This document shows, one piece after another, positions 63,686-64,000 of a stretch of 64,000 bases of DNA. This DNA comes from Azolla caroliniana (Eukaryota > Plantae > Polypodiophyta). The position numbers were made by a program, and so were the translations under genes. Position 1 is the stretch's first letter. The number at the start of each line of letters is the position of its first letter. The stretch is taken from the NCBI GenBank assembly GCA_043228905.1, contig JBHGNT010000015.1, positions 8,742,001 through 8,806,000 on the forward strand. The letters run 5' to 3'. The notes under the pieces are model-generated. The model ran no database searches. It was not told the origin of the DNA and worked only from the letters and a program-made list of their open reading frames with translations.

Positions 63686-64000
63686 TTTGTGCCGTCATTC
63701 TCTGCAAAAACAGGGATCGTGGTCGCCAAAAACTATGTTAACTCTTAGGGCCGGACAATGGCCTAACATAGGGTGTCTACCGAAGACACTTCACCCAAGG
63801 GGTGTTACGGCAAGAGGATTATGCTTCAACGATTAATCCGCCTTAATTAGGTTACTTAGCAAGATCTTCCTTAATGATCACACGCGTAAGATATAACAAT
63901 GAATGCAGAACGGCAATCAACACACAGAGATAAAAACATTAAGCTTTATTAATTAACCGCTCCTCATTACATTGTATCCGGGCCTTTAAATAGGTTTCCG

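Larger units (their letters stand above)
54196..64000 (-). mobile_element. Ty3/gypsy E, near full length, with an extra ORF; 5' LTR runs off the window
   Basis: LTRs at 54196-54630 and from 63736 to beyond 64000, highly similar. PBS TGGCGACCA at about 63720-63728. Order gag, PR, RT, RH, INT, extra ORF. Confidence 0.95.

Overview
This window is eukaryotic and made almost entirely of transposons nested inside one another. The element types suggest a non-seed land plant, possibly a fern (inference). I found no intact host gene, RNA gene or CRISPR array. LTR content: three Ty1/copia copies (1-3278; a split remnant at 3279-19989; 39511-49946), two chromodomain-bearing Ty3/gypsy copies (19990-50063, fragmented), a fragment of a different gypsy (50064-54195), and two members of a gypsy family carrying an extra ORF (41818-46098; 54196 to beyond 64000). 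Two non-coding inverted-repeat elements are nested at 3936-19141 and 4860-18529. The most notable feature is a pair of diverged, oppositely oriented, 10-12 kb Sola2-like DNA transposons (5258-17313, TSD TACA; 20455-30955, TSD CTAG). Each carries a spliced DDD transposase and a convergent spliced second gene (coiled coil, RING-H2, acidic tail). Each also has TIRs whose spacers differ between the two ends (17 vs 7 bp) and introns filled with AGTACT-rich tandem arrays. Both copies are decayed. All coordinates and alignments were read by eye.
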